Origin: Micavibrio sp. UBA6145
GTDB lineage: Bacteria; Pseudomonadota; Alphaproteobacteria; Micavibrionales; UBA1664
Assembly (NCBI GenBank): GCA_002423205.1
Contig: DIUZ01000002.1
Location: forward strand, 65,409-129,408
Direction: 5' to 3'
DNA length: 64,000 bases
This document shows positions 27,958-37,574 of this stretch, piece after piece. Under the pieces are notes generated by a model. It searched no databases. It was given only the letters and a program-made list of their open reading frames with translations, and was not told the origin of the DNA. A program made the translations under genes and the position numbers. Position 1 is the first letter of the stretch, and every line of letters starts with the position of its first letter.

Positions 27958-29445
27958 TTAGAACTGCAGCTCTTTACCCTTTGCCGGGGCCGGGATGGGC
28001 GCAACCGGCGCGGGAGCCGCAGGAATAGGCGCTGCCTGCGGGGTTGGTACCGGTGCCGGGGCTACGGGGGCGGGGCGGCGGATAGGGGGGGCCTGCGCCG
28101 GGACGTCATCGCCAAAGGTAATGGTCTTCTGCGCCGGGGTGGTCGCCGGGGTCACTGATTTTTGTTCTGACCGTGCCTCGCTCTCCAGTTTGAACACCGG
28201 TGTCGTGATGCGCGGCGGTTTGTTCTGGATCGGCGCGATGACCGGACCTTCATACAGCGGCGCGTTGGGCGCAGCCGGCGTTGAATCGAACTGTAGCACT
28301 TGCGGCTGGCGGGGGAAATTATCCGTCGACGGTGTTACCGGCAGCGGCGTATTTTTCTGCGGCTGCACGTATTCCACACGCGGGGCCTGCTGACCCGGTT
28401 TGGCCGTGCCCGGTTGCGGCGTCGGCGGCCCCTGGATGGTATCGTCGACGATAATCACGGGCGGATTGGTTTTGGCATCTGCTGCCTTTTTCGCTTCGGA
28501 TGCGGCGGCATTTTGTGCCTTCATTTTCTCCAGCGTTTCTTTCGACGGCTTTTCGCGCATCAGGATAATGCTGATGCGGCGGTTGCGTGCGGATGCCGGA
28601 TCTTTCTCCAGCGGTTCGCGGTCGGACCGGCCCATGACGTTTTCAATACGTCCTTCGGGCAGGCCGCTGGCGATGATCACGCGGCGTGATGCCTGCGCGC
28701 GGTCGGCGGACAGGTTCCAGTTATCATAGGTGTTGGGCACGCGGTATTTGGCTGAATCGGTATGACCACGCACCGATACCTGGTTGGGCAGGGCGGTAAT
28801 GACGCCCGATATCTTGGTCAGGATCTTGGCCATGAAATCATACATGACCGCGGAACCTGAGGGGAACATCGACCGGCCCTTGTCATCCACGATCTGGATG
28901 CGCAGGCCTTCCGGCGTAATGTCGATCAGGATGTTGTTCTGCAGATCTTTAAGCTCGGGCGACTTGGCGATCTCGGCCTTGAGCTGTTCGGCGGCGGCTT
29001 CAAAGCGTTTGTTTTCTTTCTCGCGCAGTTCTTCTTCAAGTTTTGCGATCTCGGCGGCTTCGGCCTGTTCTTCAGGTGTCGTATCACCCGACAATTTGCC
29101 GTGCGTGCTCACGGTCTGTTCCGGTGTCTGGACCAGCGGCTGCACATCGCTGGACATGGCACCAACGGGGCTCATGGTCATACCGCCCATGATCCCGCCC
29201 GCGCCGGACTCGGACGAGGACACTTTGGGGTGGGTCGGGTCGAAGTAATTGGAAATCGCGTTTTTCTGTTCCTTGGTCGTGACGTTGAGCAGCCACAGCA
29301 AAAGGAAGAACGCCATCATGGCCGTCACGAAGTCGGCATACGCGACTTTCCACGCGCCGCCATGGTGGCCGCCGCCGCCCTTCTTGATCCGTTTGATAAC
29401 GATCGGGGCTAGTTTTTCTTTTTCGTCTTTTTGCGGCCCCGCCAT
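27958..29445 (-). CDS. motB: Flagellar motor stator protein MotB with long Pro-rich C-terminal extension
   Basis: The N-terminus reads ...GGGHHGGAWKVAYADFVTAMMAFFLLLWLL. An OmpA-like domain follows (VRGHTDS...NWNLSADRA...NRRISIILM). A P/A/T/Q-rich tail of ~200 aa ends the protein. Confidence 0.9.
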   Translation of the reverse strand: MAGPQKDEKEKLAPIVIKRIKKGGGGHHGGAWKVAYADFVTAMMAFFLLLWLLNVTTKEQKNAISNYFDPTHPKVSSSESGAGGIMGGMTMSPVGAMSSDVQPLVQTPEQTVSTHGKLSGDTTPEEQAEAAEIAKLEEELREKENKRFEAAAEQLKAEIAKSPELKDLQNNILIDITPEGLRIQIVDDKGRSMFPSGSAVMYDFMAKILTKISGVITALPNQVSVRGHTDSAKYRVPNTYDNWNLSADRAQASRRVIIASGLPEGRIENVMGRSDREPLEKDPASARNRRISIILMREKPSKETLEKMKAQNAAASEAKKAADAKTNPPVIIVDDTIQGPPTPQPGTAKPGQQAPRVEYVQPQKNTPLPVTPSTDNFPRQPQVLQFDSTPAAPNAPLYEGPVIAPIQNKPPRITTPVFKLESEARSEQKSVTPATTPAQKTITFGDDVPAQAPPIRRPAPVAPAPVPTPQAAPIPAAPAPVAPIPAPAKGKELQF

Positions 29446-29456
29446 CTGGTCCCGCC

Positions 29457-30338
29457 TTATGCTGTCGCGGTGGCTTTGTTGGTGGCTTCTTCAACCTCAA
29501 GGAAGGTCGGCTGCACTTCGTGGTGCAGGGTTTTGCGCGCGAATTCGACCGCAACCTGCGGGGCGCAGCCCTGCAGCAGGGCAAGGATCGCAACCTTCAT
29601 GCAGACGTAATATTTGATCTCGCTTTCTGCGCGGCTGTTCACGGCACCGGCCAGCGGCGCGACATAGCCGTATGAGAACCAAACGCCCAGGAACGTACCC
29701 ACAAGAGCACCGCCGATCATCTCACCCAGCACTTCCGGCGGTTCGGTGATCGAACCCATGGTTTTAATAACCCCCAGAACCGCGGCGACAATGCCCAGCG
29801 CCGGAATACCGTCGGCCATGGTCTGGATGGCGTGGCCGGGATGACGTTTTTCGGTGGAGATCGTGTCGATCTCCTGGTCCATCAGCGCCTCGATGGTCAG
29901 CGGGTTGTCATTGCCAAGCGAGATGATGCGAAGGTAATCGCACAGGAATGTCTGCGCATGGTGGTTGGACATGAAGGACGGGAATTTCTGGAAGATGTCG
30001 GATTCTTCCGGGTTCTCGATATGCGCTTCCATCGCAAGCCAGCCTTTTTGCTTGGCCGTACGAAACGCGAGATACAGCATACCCAGCAGCTCAAGATAAT
30101 CTTCCTTGGAGTGCGCTTCGGGCTTGGTGATCAGTTTCAGGTAGTGGAGGGATTCCTTGATGACGTGCGGGGAGTTCGCAATCATGAATGCGCAGATGGC
30201 GCAGCCCATGATGGTCAGGCCTTCGCCGGGCAGGGCGTGCAGAATAACATCGGTGATGATGGAGACCTTGCCGCCGGCGAGCAGGAAGCCGCCGAAGGTA
30301 CAGAAAATGACGCCGACAAGGCCGATGATTTTTAACAT
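29457..30338 (-). CDS. motA: Flagellar motor stator protein MotA
   Basis: The translation can be aligned by eye to MotA along its whole length (...IENPEESDIF..., LRIISLG, IEALMDQEID, PALGIVAAVLGV, VGTFLGV, VAVEFARKTL). Confidence 0.93.
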   Translation of the reverse strand: MLKIIGLVGVIFCTFGGFLLAGGKVSIITDVILHALPGEGLTIMGCAICAFMIANSPHVIKESLHYLKLITKPEAHSKEDYLELLGMLYLAFRTAKQKGWLAMEAHIENPEESDIFQKFPSFMSNHHAQTFLCDYLRIISLGNDNPLTIEALMDQEIDTISTEKRHPGHAIQTMADGIPALGIVAAVLGVIKTMGSITEPPEVLGEMIGGALVGTFLGVWFSYGYVAPLAGAVNSRAESEIKYYVCMKVAILALLQGCAPQVAVEFARKTLHHEVQPTFLEVEEATNKATATA

Positions 30339-30484
30339 TCGCGGCGTTCTCCCGGCGATTTCAAAAGCTTATTCTGGCTGTAAAGAAATAATGGCATTAA
30401 AGGCGTTAATGGCGTGTCAAATGACTATGGAAAGGGGCAAGGAATCGCCCCCTGTAAATCCAAGTCTAAAGTATTGAATTCCAA

Positions 30485-30781
30485 TCACGCAACCGGCGTT
30501 TGACCGCTATCCTCACCCGGTGCATGGGCATGCAGCGACAGGGCGTGCAGGGTGGTGTCGTTCCATACCGGCTGGATCAGGTCCATGACCATGCGGTGAC
30601 GTTGCAGGCGGCTTTTGCCGGTAAACGAGCTTGCCGTAATCGTAATGGTAAAATGCGTCTGTCCAAGCCCGTCCGGGTTGCCTGCATGGCCGGCATGTTT
30701 GGCGCTGTCATCGGCCACGTCCAGCCGCACCGGGTTCAGGGGTGCGAGTTTTTCCTTGAGTTTGTCGGCGACGGTCTGCAT
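30485..30781 (-). CDS. bolA: BolA family protein
   Basis: 98 aa: ...DDSAKHAGHAG...THFTITITASSFTGKSRLQRHRMV...LHALSLH. Confidence 0.88.
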   Translation of the reverse strand: MQTVADKLKEKLAPLNPVRLDVADDSAKHAGHAGNPDGLGQTHFTITITASSFTGKSRLQRHRMVMDLIQPVWNDTTLHALSLHAHAPGEDSGQTPVA

Positions 30782-30793
30782 ATCAGGGGATTC

Positions 30794-31396
30794 ATGACGC
30801 CAAAAAGAGTCAAACTCAAGGAAAAATCACCGGAATTCGCCGAAGGCAAGGCGAAGCCCAGGGCCCATGCCTGCGATATGCCCGGCTGTCCGGAGGCGGG
30901 CGAGTTCCGCGCCCCCAAGGACCGGGGCCTTCAGGATTACTATCATTTCTGCTTCCAGCATGTTCAGGAATACAACAAGGCGTGGGATTTTTTTGACGGT
31001 ATGAGCCAGGCCGATATCGAGGCGCAGATCAAAAACGCCATGTTCGGCGACCGCCCGACCTGGATCTACACTTCCGCCCCCGATTGGGAAGAAACCCTTC
31101 GCGCCCGTGCGCAGAGCTACCGCAGTTTCTCGGAAGATGAACCGCACAAGAAAAAGGAACAGGCCATACCGCCCGTGGGCCAGACCCCGGAGCGCGAGGC
31201 GCTGCTGATCATGGGGCTGGAACCGCCGGTGACCTTCGTTAAAATCAAGGAGCGTTACCGCACCCTGATGAAAGAACACCACCCCGATCGCAATCCAAAC
31301 AACAAGCAGGCCGAGGAAATCGTCAAAAAGGTCAACATGGCCTATACGATTCTGAAAGCGGCGCACGAGAAATACGACAAAATCCGCGGCGATTAA
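30794..31396 (+). CDS. J-domain protein with N-terminal Cys/His cluster
   Basis: 200 aa from the ATG at 30794. The N-terminus reads CDMPGCPEAGEFRAPK...YYHFCFQHVQEYN. The C-terminal J domain reads (...IKERYRTLMKEHHPDRNP...). The tracked upstream extension is antisense to bolA. Confidence 0.8.
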   Translation: MTPKRVKLKEKSPEFAEGKAKPRAHACDMPGCPEAGEFRAPKDRGLQDYYHFCFQHVQEYNKAWDFFDGMSQADIEAQIKNAMFGDRPTWIYTSAPDWEETLRARAQSYRSFSEDEPHKKKEQAIPPVGQTPEREALLIMGLEPPVTFVKIKERYRTLMKEHHPDRNPNNKQAEEIVKKVNMAYTILKAAHEKYDKIRGD

Positions 31397-31454
31397 GCCT
31401 TGTTATTGACGCATTGGCTTTCTAGATTGGAACACCATACTGAAAGCGACGAAA

Positions 31455-32465
31455 ATGGCCGTTCTGCCCGGAAAAACATCAATCTCCACCAACCTGACCC
31501 CGTTCGAAGGCGGAAAGCCCGACCGCGTCATCGACACCAGGGCCGCCTTTGGCATCGAATGCCCCTGGCCGGTACTGGGGTATAGCGGCGCGAATGAATT
31601 CGTCCCGCCGATCGACGATTCCTATCATTTCGATCCCGACACCACGCGCGCCATTCTCGCTGGCTTCATGCATAACCGCCGCGTGATGATCCAGGGCATG
31701 CACGGCACCGGTAAATCTACGCATATCGAACAGGTCGCCGCACGACTCAACTGGCCGTGCGTGCGTATCAACCTTGATTCTCACATTTCCCGCGTCGACC
31801 TGATCGGCAAGGACGCGATTGTCCTGAAAGAGGGCAAACAGGTCACCGAGTACAAAGAAGGCATTTTGCCGTGGTCGCTGCAGCACCCGGTTGCGCTTGT
31901 GTTCGACGAATATGATGCCGGCCGACCCGACGTGATGTTCGTGATCCAGCGTATCCTGGAGGCTGAAGGCCGCCTGACGCTGCTTGAACAAAACCGCATC
32001 ATCCGTCCGCACCCATACTTCCGCCTGTTCGCCACATCGAACACGATCGGCCTTGGCGATACCACCGGCCTGTATCACGGCACGCAGCAGATCAACCAGG
32101 GCCAGATGGACCGCTGGAACATCGTGGTCACGCTCAATTACCTGAGCCTTGAACACGAGATGGAAGTCGTCTTAAAAAAATACCCGGCCCTGAACAATAA
32201 GACCGGCAAAGATGAAGTGAAAGCCATGATCCAGGTCGCGGAACTGACCCGCAATGGTTTCAAAAACGGCGATCTGTCCACGTTGATGTCACCGCGCACC
32301 ATTTTGTCATGGGCTGAAAACACCGGCATCTTCGGCAACCGCGAAGAAGCCTTCCGCCTCAGCTTCCTGAACAAATGCGACGAACTCGAACGCCCGGTTG
32401 TGGCCGAGTATTATCAGCGCGCCTTCGGCGTGGAGCTGATGGTCAAAGATGACGGATCAAAATAA
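31455..32465 (+). CDS. cobS: CobS-type MoxR-like AAA+ ATPase
   Basis: The translation shows [11 protein letters not shown] (Walker A), LVFDEYD (Walker B) and the CobS-like N-terminus ...FGIECPWPV. Confidence 0.85.
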   Translation: MAVLPGKTSISTNLTPFEGGKPDRVIDTRAAFGIECPWPVLGYSGANEFVPPIDDSYHFDPDTTRAILAGFMHNRRVMIQGMHGTGKSTHIEQVAARLNWPCVRINLDSHISRVDLIGKDAIVLKEGKQVTEYKEGILPWSLQHPVALVFDEYDAGRPDVMFVIQRILEAEGRLTLLEQNRIIRPHPYFRLFATSNTIGLGDTTGLYHGTQQINQGQMDRWNIVVTLNYLSLEHEMEVVLKKYPALNNKTGKDEVKAMIQVAELTRNGFKNGDLSTLMSPRTILSWAENTGIFGNREEAFRLSFLNKCDELERPVVAEYYQRAFGVELMVKDDGSK

Positions 32466-34326
32466 ATCAGACATGTTCCGCCAGGTCACGGCCGCAACCC
32501 TGCGCGCCATGGCGGGCGAGAATGCTGAAAATCTGGACACCACCTTCGGGCCGGTGCCGTCCAGCATGCAGTCGGGCCAGCAACGCGTGCTGCGCCATGT
32601 CGGCAAGAAAACCGCAAGATTGCCGTTGCCTGCGGCAAATCTGGATCTGGCATCCCGCGCCGAAGTACGCGGTGCGGCCGACGCCGCCGCCCTGCACATC
32701 CTGCACCACGATGCCAAGAAGCATGCGGACCTTGCGCCCGTTGAAAGCAAGTCCCACACGATTTTCGATCTGCTGGAACAGGTGCGTGTCGAAGCATTGG
32801 GCGCACGCGAACGCAAAGGCGTGGCGCTGAACCTGCGCAGCAGTCTTGAAGCCCAGTCAAAACGCAAAGGCTACGGCAACCCTGAAAAACAGGTGATGGT
32901 GCCTTTGGAAGACGGCCTTTTTGCGCTGGCCAGCGAAGCGCTCGAAGGCGGCAAACTGCCGCCCGCATCAAAGGCCGTCGCCGATGCATGGCGCACATGG
33001 GTCGACACGCGCGTCGGCGCGAAGGGACTTAAAAGCTTAGGCAATAAACTGGACGACCAGGCCGCGTTCGCGCGCCTGGCGTACAAGATGATCCGCGCGC
33101 TGGACATGGACCCGGGCCGCGATGACCCCGATGAAGACGGCGACCTTGAAGGCAATAAAAGCCAGAATAAGGGCCAGGGCATGGGCGAGAAAACCGCCGC
33201 CGGTGAAGAAACCGACGAAGTGGGTGAGGGCGAAGCCGCATCCGGTGCCATGGGCGACGGCGATGACGGCGCAGAAGGCGAACAGCAGGGCGTCGAAGAC
33301 GAACAGCAAGGCGGCGCATCGGAACAGCGCGGATCTGAAAAGGCCGGCGCGTCGCAGCGCCCGAACGATCTCTCCGGCCCCCTCGACCGGCCCGAACATT
33401 ACAAGGTCTATACAACGCAGTTCGATGAAACCATCGACGCCGAAGATCTGGCCGAAGCCGATGAACGCGCGCGCCTGCGCACATTGCTGGACCAGCAGTT
33501 AAAACCCCTTCAGACCATGATCCGCCGTCTGGCCAACCGTTTGCAGCGCCGCCTGATGGCACGCCAGCAGCGCCAGTGGCTGTTCGATGTGGAGGAAGGC
33601 ATTCTCGACCCCGCACGCCTGTCCCGCGTTGTCTCGACACCGGGCAGCCCGCTATCCTTCAAGCTGGAAAAAGACACCGATTTCCGCGATACGGTGGTCA
33701 TGCTGCTGATCGACAATTCCGGTTCCATGCGCGGGCGGCCCATCACCATCGCCGCATTGTCGACCGACATTCTGGCGCAGACGCTGGAACGCTGCGGCGT
33801 GAAGGTGGAAGTGCTGGGCTTTACCACCACGGCATGGAAGGGCGGTAAATCACGGGATGCGTGGGTGGGGGCACAGCGTCCGCCCAAACCGGGACGCCTG
33901 AATGATCTGCGCCATATCATCTACAAGGCCGCCGATGCCCCGTGGCGTCGCGCCCGTGCCAATATCGGCATCATGCTTAAGGAAGGCCTGCTGAAAGAAA
34001 ACATCGACGGGGAGGCCCTGATCTGGGCGCATGCCCGTCTGGCCGTGCGCCCGGAACGGCGCAAGATACTGATGGTTATCTCTGACGGTGCCCCGGTCGA
34101 TGATTCGACGCTGTCGGCCAATAATTCCACTTATCTGGAAACGGATTTACAGCGGGCCATCGGCTGGATAGAAAAGCGCGAAATCGTTGAATTATGCGCG
34201 ATCGGAATCGGCCACGACGTCACCCGGTACTATAAACGGGCCGTGACGATCCGCGATGTCGAGGATCTGGGCCAGACCCTGACATCCGAATTGGCCGATC
34301 TGTTCGAGGACGATTTGCGCCGGTAA
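32449..34326 (+). CDS. cobT: CobT-type VWA-domain protein
   Basis: The middle of the protein is an acidic low-complexity region. The C-terminal VWA has a MIDAS-like LLIDNSGSM. It overlaps cobS by 17 nt. Confidence 0.85.
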   Translation: MTDQNKSDMFRQVTAATLRAMAGENAENLDTTFGPVPSSMQSGQQRVLRHVGKKTARLPLPAANLDLASRAEVRGAADAAALHILHHDAKKHADLAPVESKSHTIFDLLEQVRVEALGARERKGVALNLRSSLEAQSKRKGYGNPEKQVMVPLEDGLFALASEALEGGKLPPASKAVADAWRTWVDTRVGAKGLKSLGNKLDDQAAFARLAYKMIRALDMDPGRDDPDEDGDLEGNKSQNKGQGMGEKTAAGEETDEVGEGEAASGAMGDGDDGAEGEQQGVEDEQQGGASEQRGSEKAGASQRPNDLSGPLDRPEHYKVYTTQFDETIDAEDLAEADERARLRTLLDQQLKPLQTMIRRLANRLQRRLMARQQRQWLFDVEEGILDPARLSRVVSTPGSPLSFKLEKDTDFRDTVVMLLIDNSGSMRGRPITIAALSTDILAQTLERCGVKVEVLGFTTTAWKGGKSRDAWVGAQRPPKPGRLNDLRHIIYKAADAPWRRARANIGIMLKEGLLKENIDGEALIWAHARLAVRPERRKILMVISDGAPVDDSTLSANNSTYLETDLQRAIGWIEKREIVELCAIGIGHDVTRYYKRAVTIRDVEDLGQTLTSELADLFEDDLRR

Positions 34327-34351
34327 AGCGTTCAGGTTAGCATGTGGCACA

Positions 34352-36256
34352 ATGCAATCACCCAGTCAGACCGGCCATAAACATCCCTTTACCGTAACGG
34401 CGCTCATTGGCGCGGTCGGCATCGTCTTTGGCGATATCGGCACCAGCCCGCTCTATGCGTTTAAGGAGTCCTTCCGCGTGGCGTCCGCCAGCGGCATTGA
34501 TCTTCATACGGCAGTGTTCGGGGTTCTTTCGCTCATCTTCTGGGCACTGACCATCACGATTTCTACCAAATACCTGTGCTTTATATTGCGCGCCGACAAC
34601 GACGGCGAGGGTGGGGTTTTCGCTCTCATCACCGGCCTCAAGCTCGACCAGAAAAAGAACAGGACGCGCTTTAACGGAACCTTGCTTCTTCTGGCGCTTG
34701 CGGGCGCTGCATTGCTGTTCGGCGACGGTGTTATCACACCGGCCATTTCGGTCCTCTCGGCCATCGAGGGTATTAAGGTCGTGGCCCCCAGTATCGAACA
34801 CTGGATTTTGTATATCACGATCGCTGTGCTGATCGGTGTGTTCATGTCGCAGCGTTTTGGCACGGAAAAAATCGGCATGCTCTACGGCCCCATCGTTTTC
34901 GTGTGGTTCGTTGTTCTGGGCGTGCTTGGTGCCAATGCCATCATAGACAACCCGGAAGTTCTTAAAGCCGTTAATCCAGTTTACGCCTGGCACCTTTTAG
35001 TAGGCCACCCGGCAATGTCGGCGGTTATGATTGGCGCGGTGTTTCTGGCTGTTACCGGCGGTGAGGCTTTATACGCCGATATGGGACATTTCGGTGCCAA
35101 GGTCATCCGCTATGCGTGGTTCTTCGTCGCCATGCCGGGTTTGCTGCTTAACTACTTTGGGCAGGGGGCGTTGATGCTCGCCTCTCAGGGGCAGGTCGAG
35201 AACCCGTTATTCCAGCTTGCTCCCGGCTGGTTCGGTATTCCCTTGCTGGTTCTGGCGACGCTGGCGACCGTCGTCGCATCGCAGGCCATGATCACCGGCG
35301 CGTTTGCTGTCGCCCGCCAAGCCATCGAGATCGGGTATTTCCCGCCGATGCGTATCAAATCGACATCTGAGAAAAACAGCCTCCATATATTCATCCCGCG
35401 TCTCAACATCGCGCTGATGTGTGTAACTCTCGGATTAATCGTTCTGTTCCCAAGTTCTGAAAGGCTGGCAGCGGCTTACGGTATTGCCGTGGCCGGGGCC
35501 ATGATGATGACCTCATTGCTGTTCATGGTTTGGATGTACCGCAAATCAAAATGGCCGCGCTGGATCACCGTGCCGATATGCCTGGTGTTTGTAGTCATCG
35601 ATATGGCCTATTTCGGCACCAATCTGGTCAAGACGTTCGATGGTGGCTGGGTGCCTCTGGTCATGGGTGCTTTCGTGCTGATGTGCATGCTGACCTGGCA
35701 TCGCGGCCTCGAAAAAATTATTGAACGCCACATGGAGTTCACAGAACCGATCGAAGAATTCGCCGCACGTGTAGACCGCGCGCCGCTGGCCGAGGTCAAG
35801 CACACCGGCATTTTCTTCTCCCGCACCGGCATCATGGCACCTGTGCCGATGGAGCGTCTGGCGAACATGCTTCATATCAAGTTCGAGAAGATCGTCATCA
35901 TCTCTATCCGGATCGCATCGCGCCCGCGTGTGGAGCCGGAAGACCGTATCAATGTCGTGCGTATCGATAACCGCATCATCAAACTTGAAATTCGCTACGG
36001 GTATCAGCAGGTCATCAACATCCCCGCGACCATCGGCCCGGTACTGGCCGCCGAGGGTCTGGAGGTGGATGAGGCCCTGTACATCATCGGCCATGAACGC
36101 GTGATTTCACCGATGGAACCGGCAGGCATCAACGACCTGATGAACATCATCTTCGCCTTCCTGGCAGCCACGGCCGAACGCGCGGTTGACCGCTTCCAGT
36201 TGCCGCCGTCGCGGACGCTGGAAATCGGCTACCCCGTGCATTTAAAGGAACGCTGA
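34352..36256 (+). CDS. kup: KUP/HAK/KT potassium transporter
   Basis: GAVGIVFGDIGTSPLYAF is the family signature. The protein has ~12 TM segments plus a cytosolic C-terminal domain. Confidence 0.93.
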   Translation: MQSPSQTGHKHPFTVTALIGAVGIVFGDIGTSPLYAFKESFRVASASGIDLHTAVFGVLSLIFWALTITISTKYLCFILRADNDGEGGVFALITGLKLDQKKNRTRFNGTLLLLALAGAALLFGDGVITPAISVLSAIEGIKVVAPSIEHWILYITIAVLIGVFMSQRFGTEKIGMLYGPIVFVWFVVLGVLGANAIIDNPEVLKAVNPVYAWHLLVGHPAMSAVMIGAVFLAVTGGEALYADMGHFGAKVIRYAWFFVAMPGLLLNYFGQGALMLASQGQVENPLFQLAPGWFGIPLLVLATLATVVASQAMITGAFAVARQAIEIGYFPPMRIKSTSEKNSLHIFIPRLNIALMCVTLGLIVLFPSSERLAAAYGIAVAGAMMMTSLLFMVWMYRKSKWPRWITVPICLVFVVIDMAYFGTNLVKTFDGGWVPLVMGAFVLMCMLTWHRGLEKIIERHMEFTEPIEEFAARVDRAPLAEVKHTGIFFSRTGIMAPVPMERLANMLHIKFEKIVIISIRIASRPRVEPEDRINVVRIDNRIIKLEIRYGYQQVINIPATIGPVLAAEGLEVDEALYIIGHERVISPMEPAGINDLMNIIFAFLAATAERAVDRFQLPPSRTLEIGYPVHLKER

Positions 36257-36257
36257 A

Positions 36258-37571
36258 TTAAAGGAATGTCGATTGCGGATTGGTTTGCGCCGCCATCGTC
36301 GCTGATTCCGGCGCAATGCGGATCAGGGTGATCTGGTTGCGGTGACGCTTGAGGATACGGAAGCGATACCCGTGGAACGTAAAGTTCTGCCCCACCGCCG
36401 GAATCATCTTGGACTCGTGCAGGACAAGCCCCGCAATCGTCGAATAATCTTCCGTCGGTAAATCCCAGCCCAGGGCGCGGTTCAGATCGCGAACCGTAAC
36501 CGTACCGTCGACCACGAACGACCCGTTGGGCTGTGCCCGCACGCCGGGCACGGTGACGTCATGTTCATCTTCGATATCGCCGACAATCTCTTCCAGAATG
36601 TCTTCCAGCGTCACGATGCCTTTGAAGCCGCCATATTCATCGACGACGATGGCAAAGTGCTCTTTCCGTTCGCGGAATGCCTGCAACTGGTCGAACAGGA
36701 TGGTGGTCTCCGGGATGAACCACGGGTCTGACAAAAGACGCGCAATATCCACCTGCTCAAAATCACCGTTTACGGCTGAAATTTCACGCAGCAGCGCCTT
36801 GGCATGCAATATGCCGATGATGTTGTCCGCATCATCGCGAAACACCGGCAGGCGTGAATACGCATTGTCCAGCACCTGGTCGATGATGACCGAAATAGGC
36901 TGTGAAATATCGACGGTCTCAACCCCCTTGCGGTGGGTCATGATCGAGCTGACATCGACATCGGCAAGATCGAGGATGGAGTGCAGCATCGCGCGCTTGG
37001 CATGTGTGCGTAATTCTTCCTCGGTTTCATGCAGTTCGATGGCACCGCGCAGTTCTTCTTCGGTGTTCGACGTGTTCTGCGGCTTCATCAGGCGCATCAT
37101 CACCGCAAGCATGGCCGACAAAAGGACCAGCGCCGGCGTAAATAGCCAGATCAATACGCGGATAATCGGCGCAATGGCCATGGCGACGGAATCTGCCCGG
37201 ATCATGCAATACGTCTTGGGCAGCACTTCCGAGAAAATCAGAAGCAGTACCGTCATAAGGCCGGTGGCGTACAAAACACCCTCCGCCCCGAACAGGTGAA
37301 TGAACAGCGATGTGGCAAGCGCCGACGACAACGTGTTGACGATGTTCGAACCCAGCAGGATCGCGCCGATCAGCCGGTCTTTTTGTTCGCGCAGCTTGTT
37401 GACCATGGCCGCGCGGCGGTTACCTTCCATTTCCAGCGCGTGCATGCGCGCCTTGGACGCGCCGGTCAGTGCCGTTTCAGCACCCGAAAAAAATGCGGAA
37501 AGCAAAAGCAATACGCCGATGGCTGCCGCCATCTCCCACGTACCCCATCTAAGCTGCAATTCCATTTCCAT
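36258..37571 (-). CDS. CNNM/TlyC-family membrane protein (DUF21 - CBS pair - CorC_HlyC)
   Basis: The N-terminus has 4 TM segments (GAETALT...), followed by CBS-pair-like repeats. The C-terminus reads ...GLVLHESKMIPAVGQNFTFHGYRFRILKRHRNQI. Confidence 0.88.
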   Translation of the reverse strand: MEMELQLRWGTWEMAAAIGVLLLLSAFFSGAETALTGASKARMHALEMEGNRRAAMVNKLREQKDRLIGAILLGSNIVNTLSSALATSLFIHLFGAEGVLYATGLMTVLLLIFSEVLPKTYCMIRADSVAMAIAPIIRVLIWLFTPALVLLSAMLAVMMRLMKPQNTSNTEEELRGAIELHETEEELRTHAKRAMLHSILDLADVDVSSIMTHRKGVETVDISQPISVIIDQVLDNAYSRLPVFRDDADNIIGILHAKALLREISAVNGDFEQVDIARLLSDPWFIPETTILFDQLQAFRERKEHFAIVVDEYGGFKGIVTLEDILEEIVGDIEDEHDVTVPGVRAQPNGSFVVDGTVTVRDLNRALGWDLPTEDYSTIAGLVLHESKMIPAVGQNFTFHGYRFRILKRHRNQITLIRIAPESATMAAQTNPQSTFL

Positions 37572-37574
37572 CGA

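Noticed and set aside
30500-30793. The N-terminal 98 codons of the 298-aa plus-strand ORF (J-domain protein)
   Set aside because: This part is entirely antisense to bolA. The ATG at 30794 lies just past the bolA start and gives a sensible 200-aa protein.
31455-34326. cobS/cobT as evidence for cobalamin biosynthesis in this region
   Set aside because: No cobN or other cob/cbi genes are nearby. The AAA+/VWA pair alone does not establish a chelatase pathway. See the related finding, which treats it as an open question.
36258-37571. Reading the 'hemolysin' (TlyC-type) label as a virulence factor
   Set aside because: The architecture is DUF21-CBS-CorC_HlyC, the CNNM/CorC-type ion transport family. 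The hemolysin name is historical and nothing in the sequence supports toxin function.
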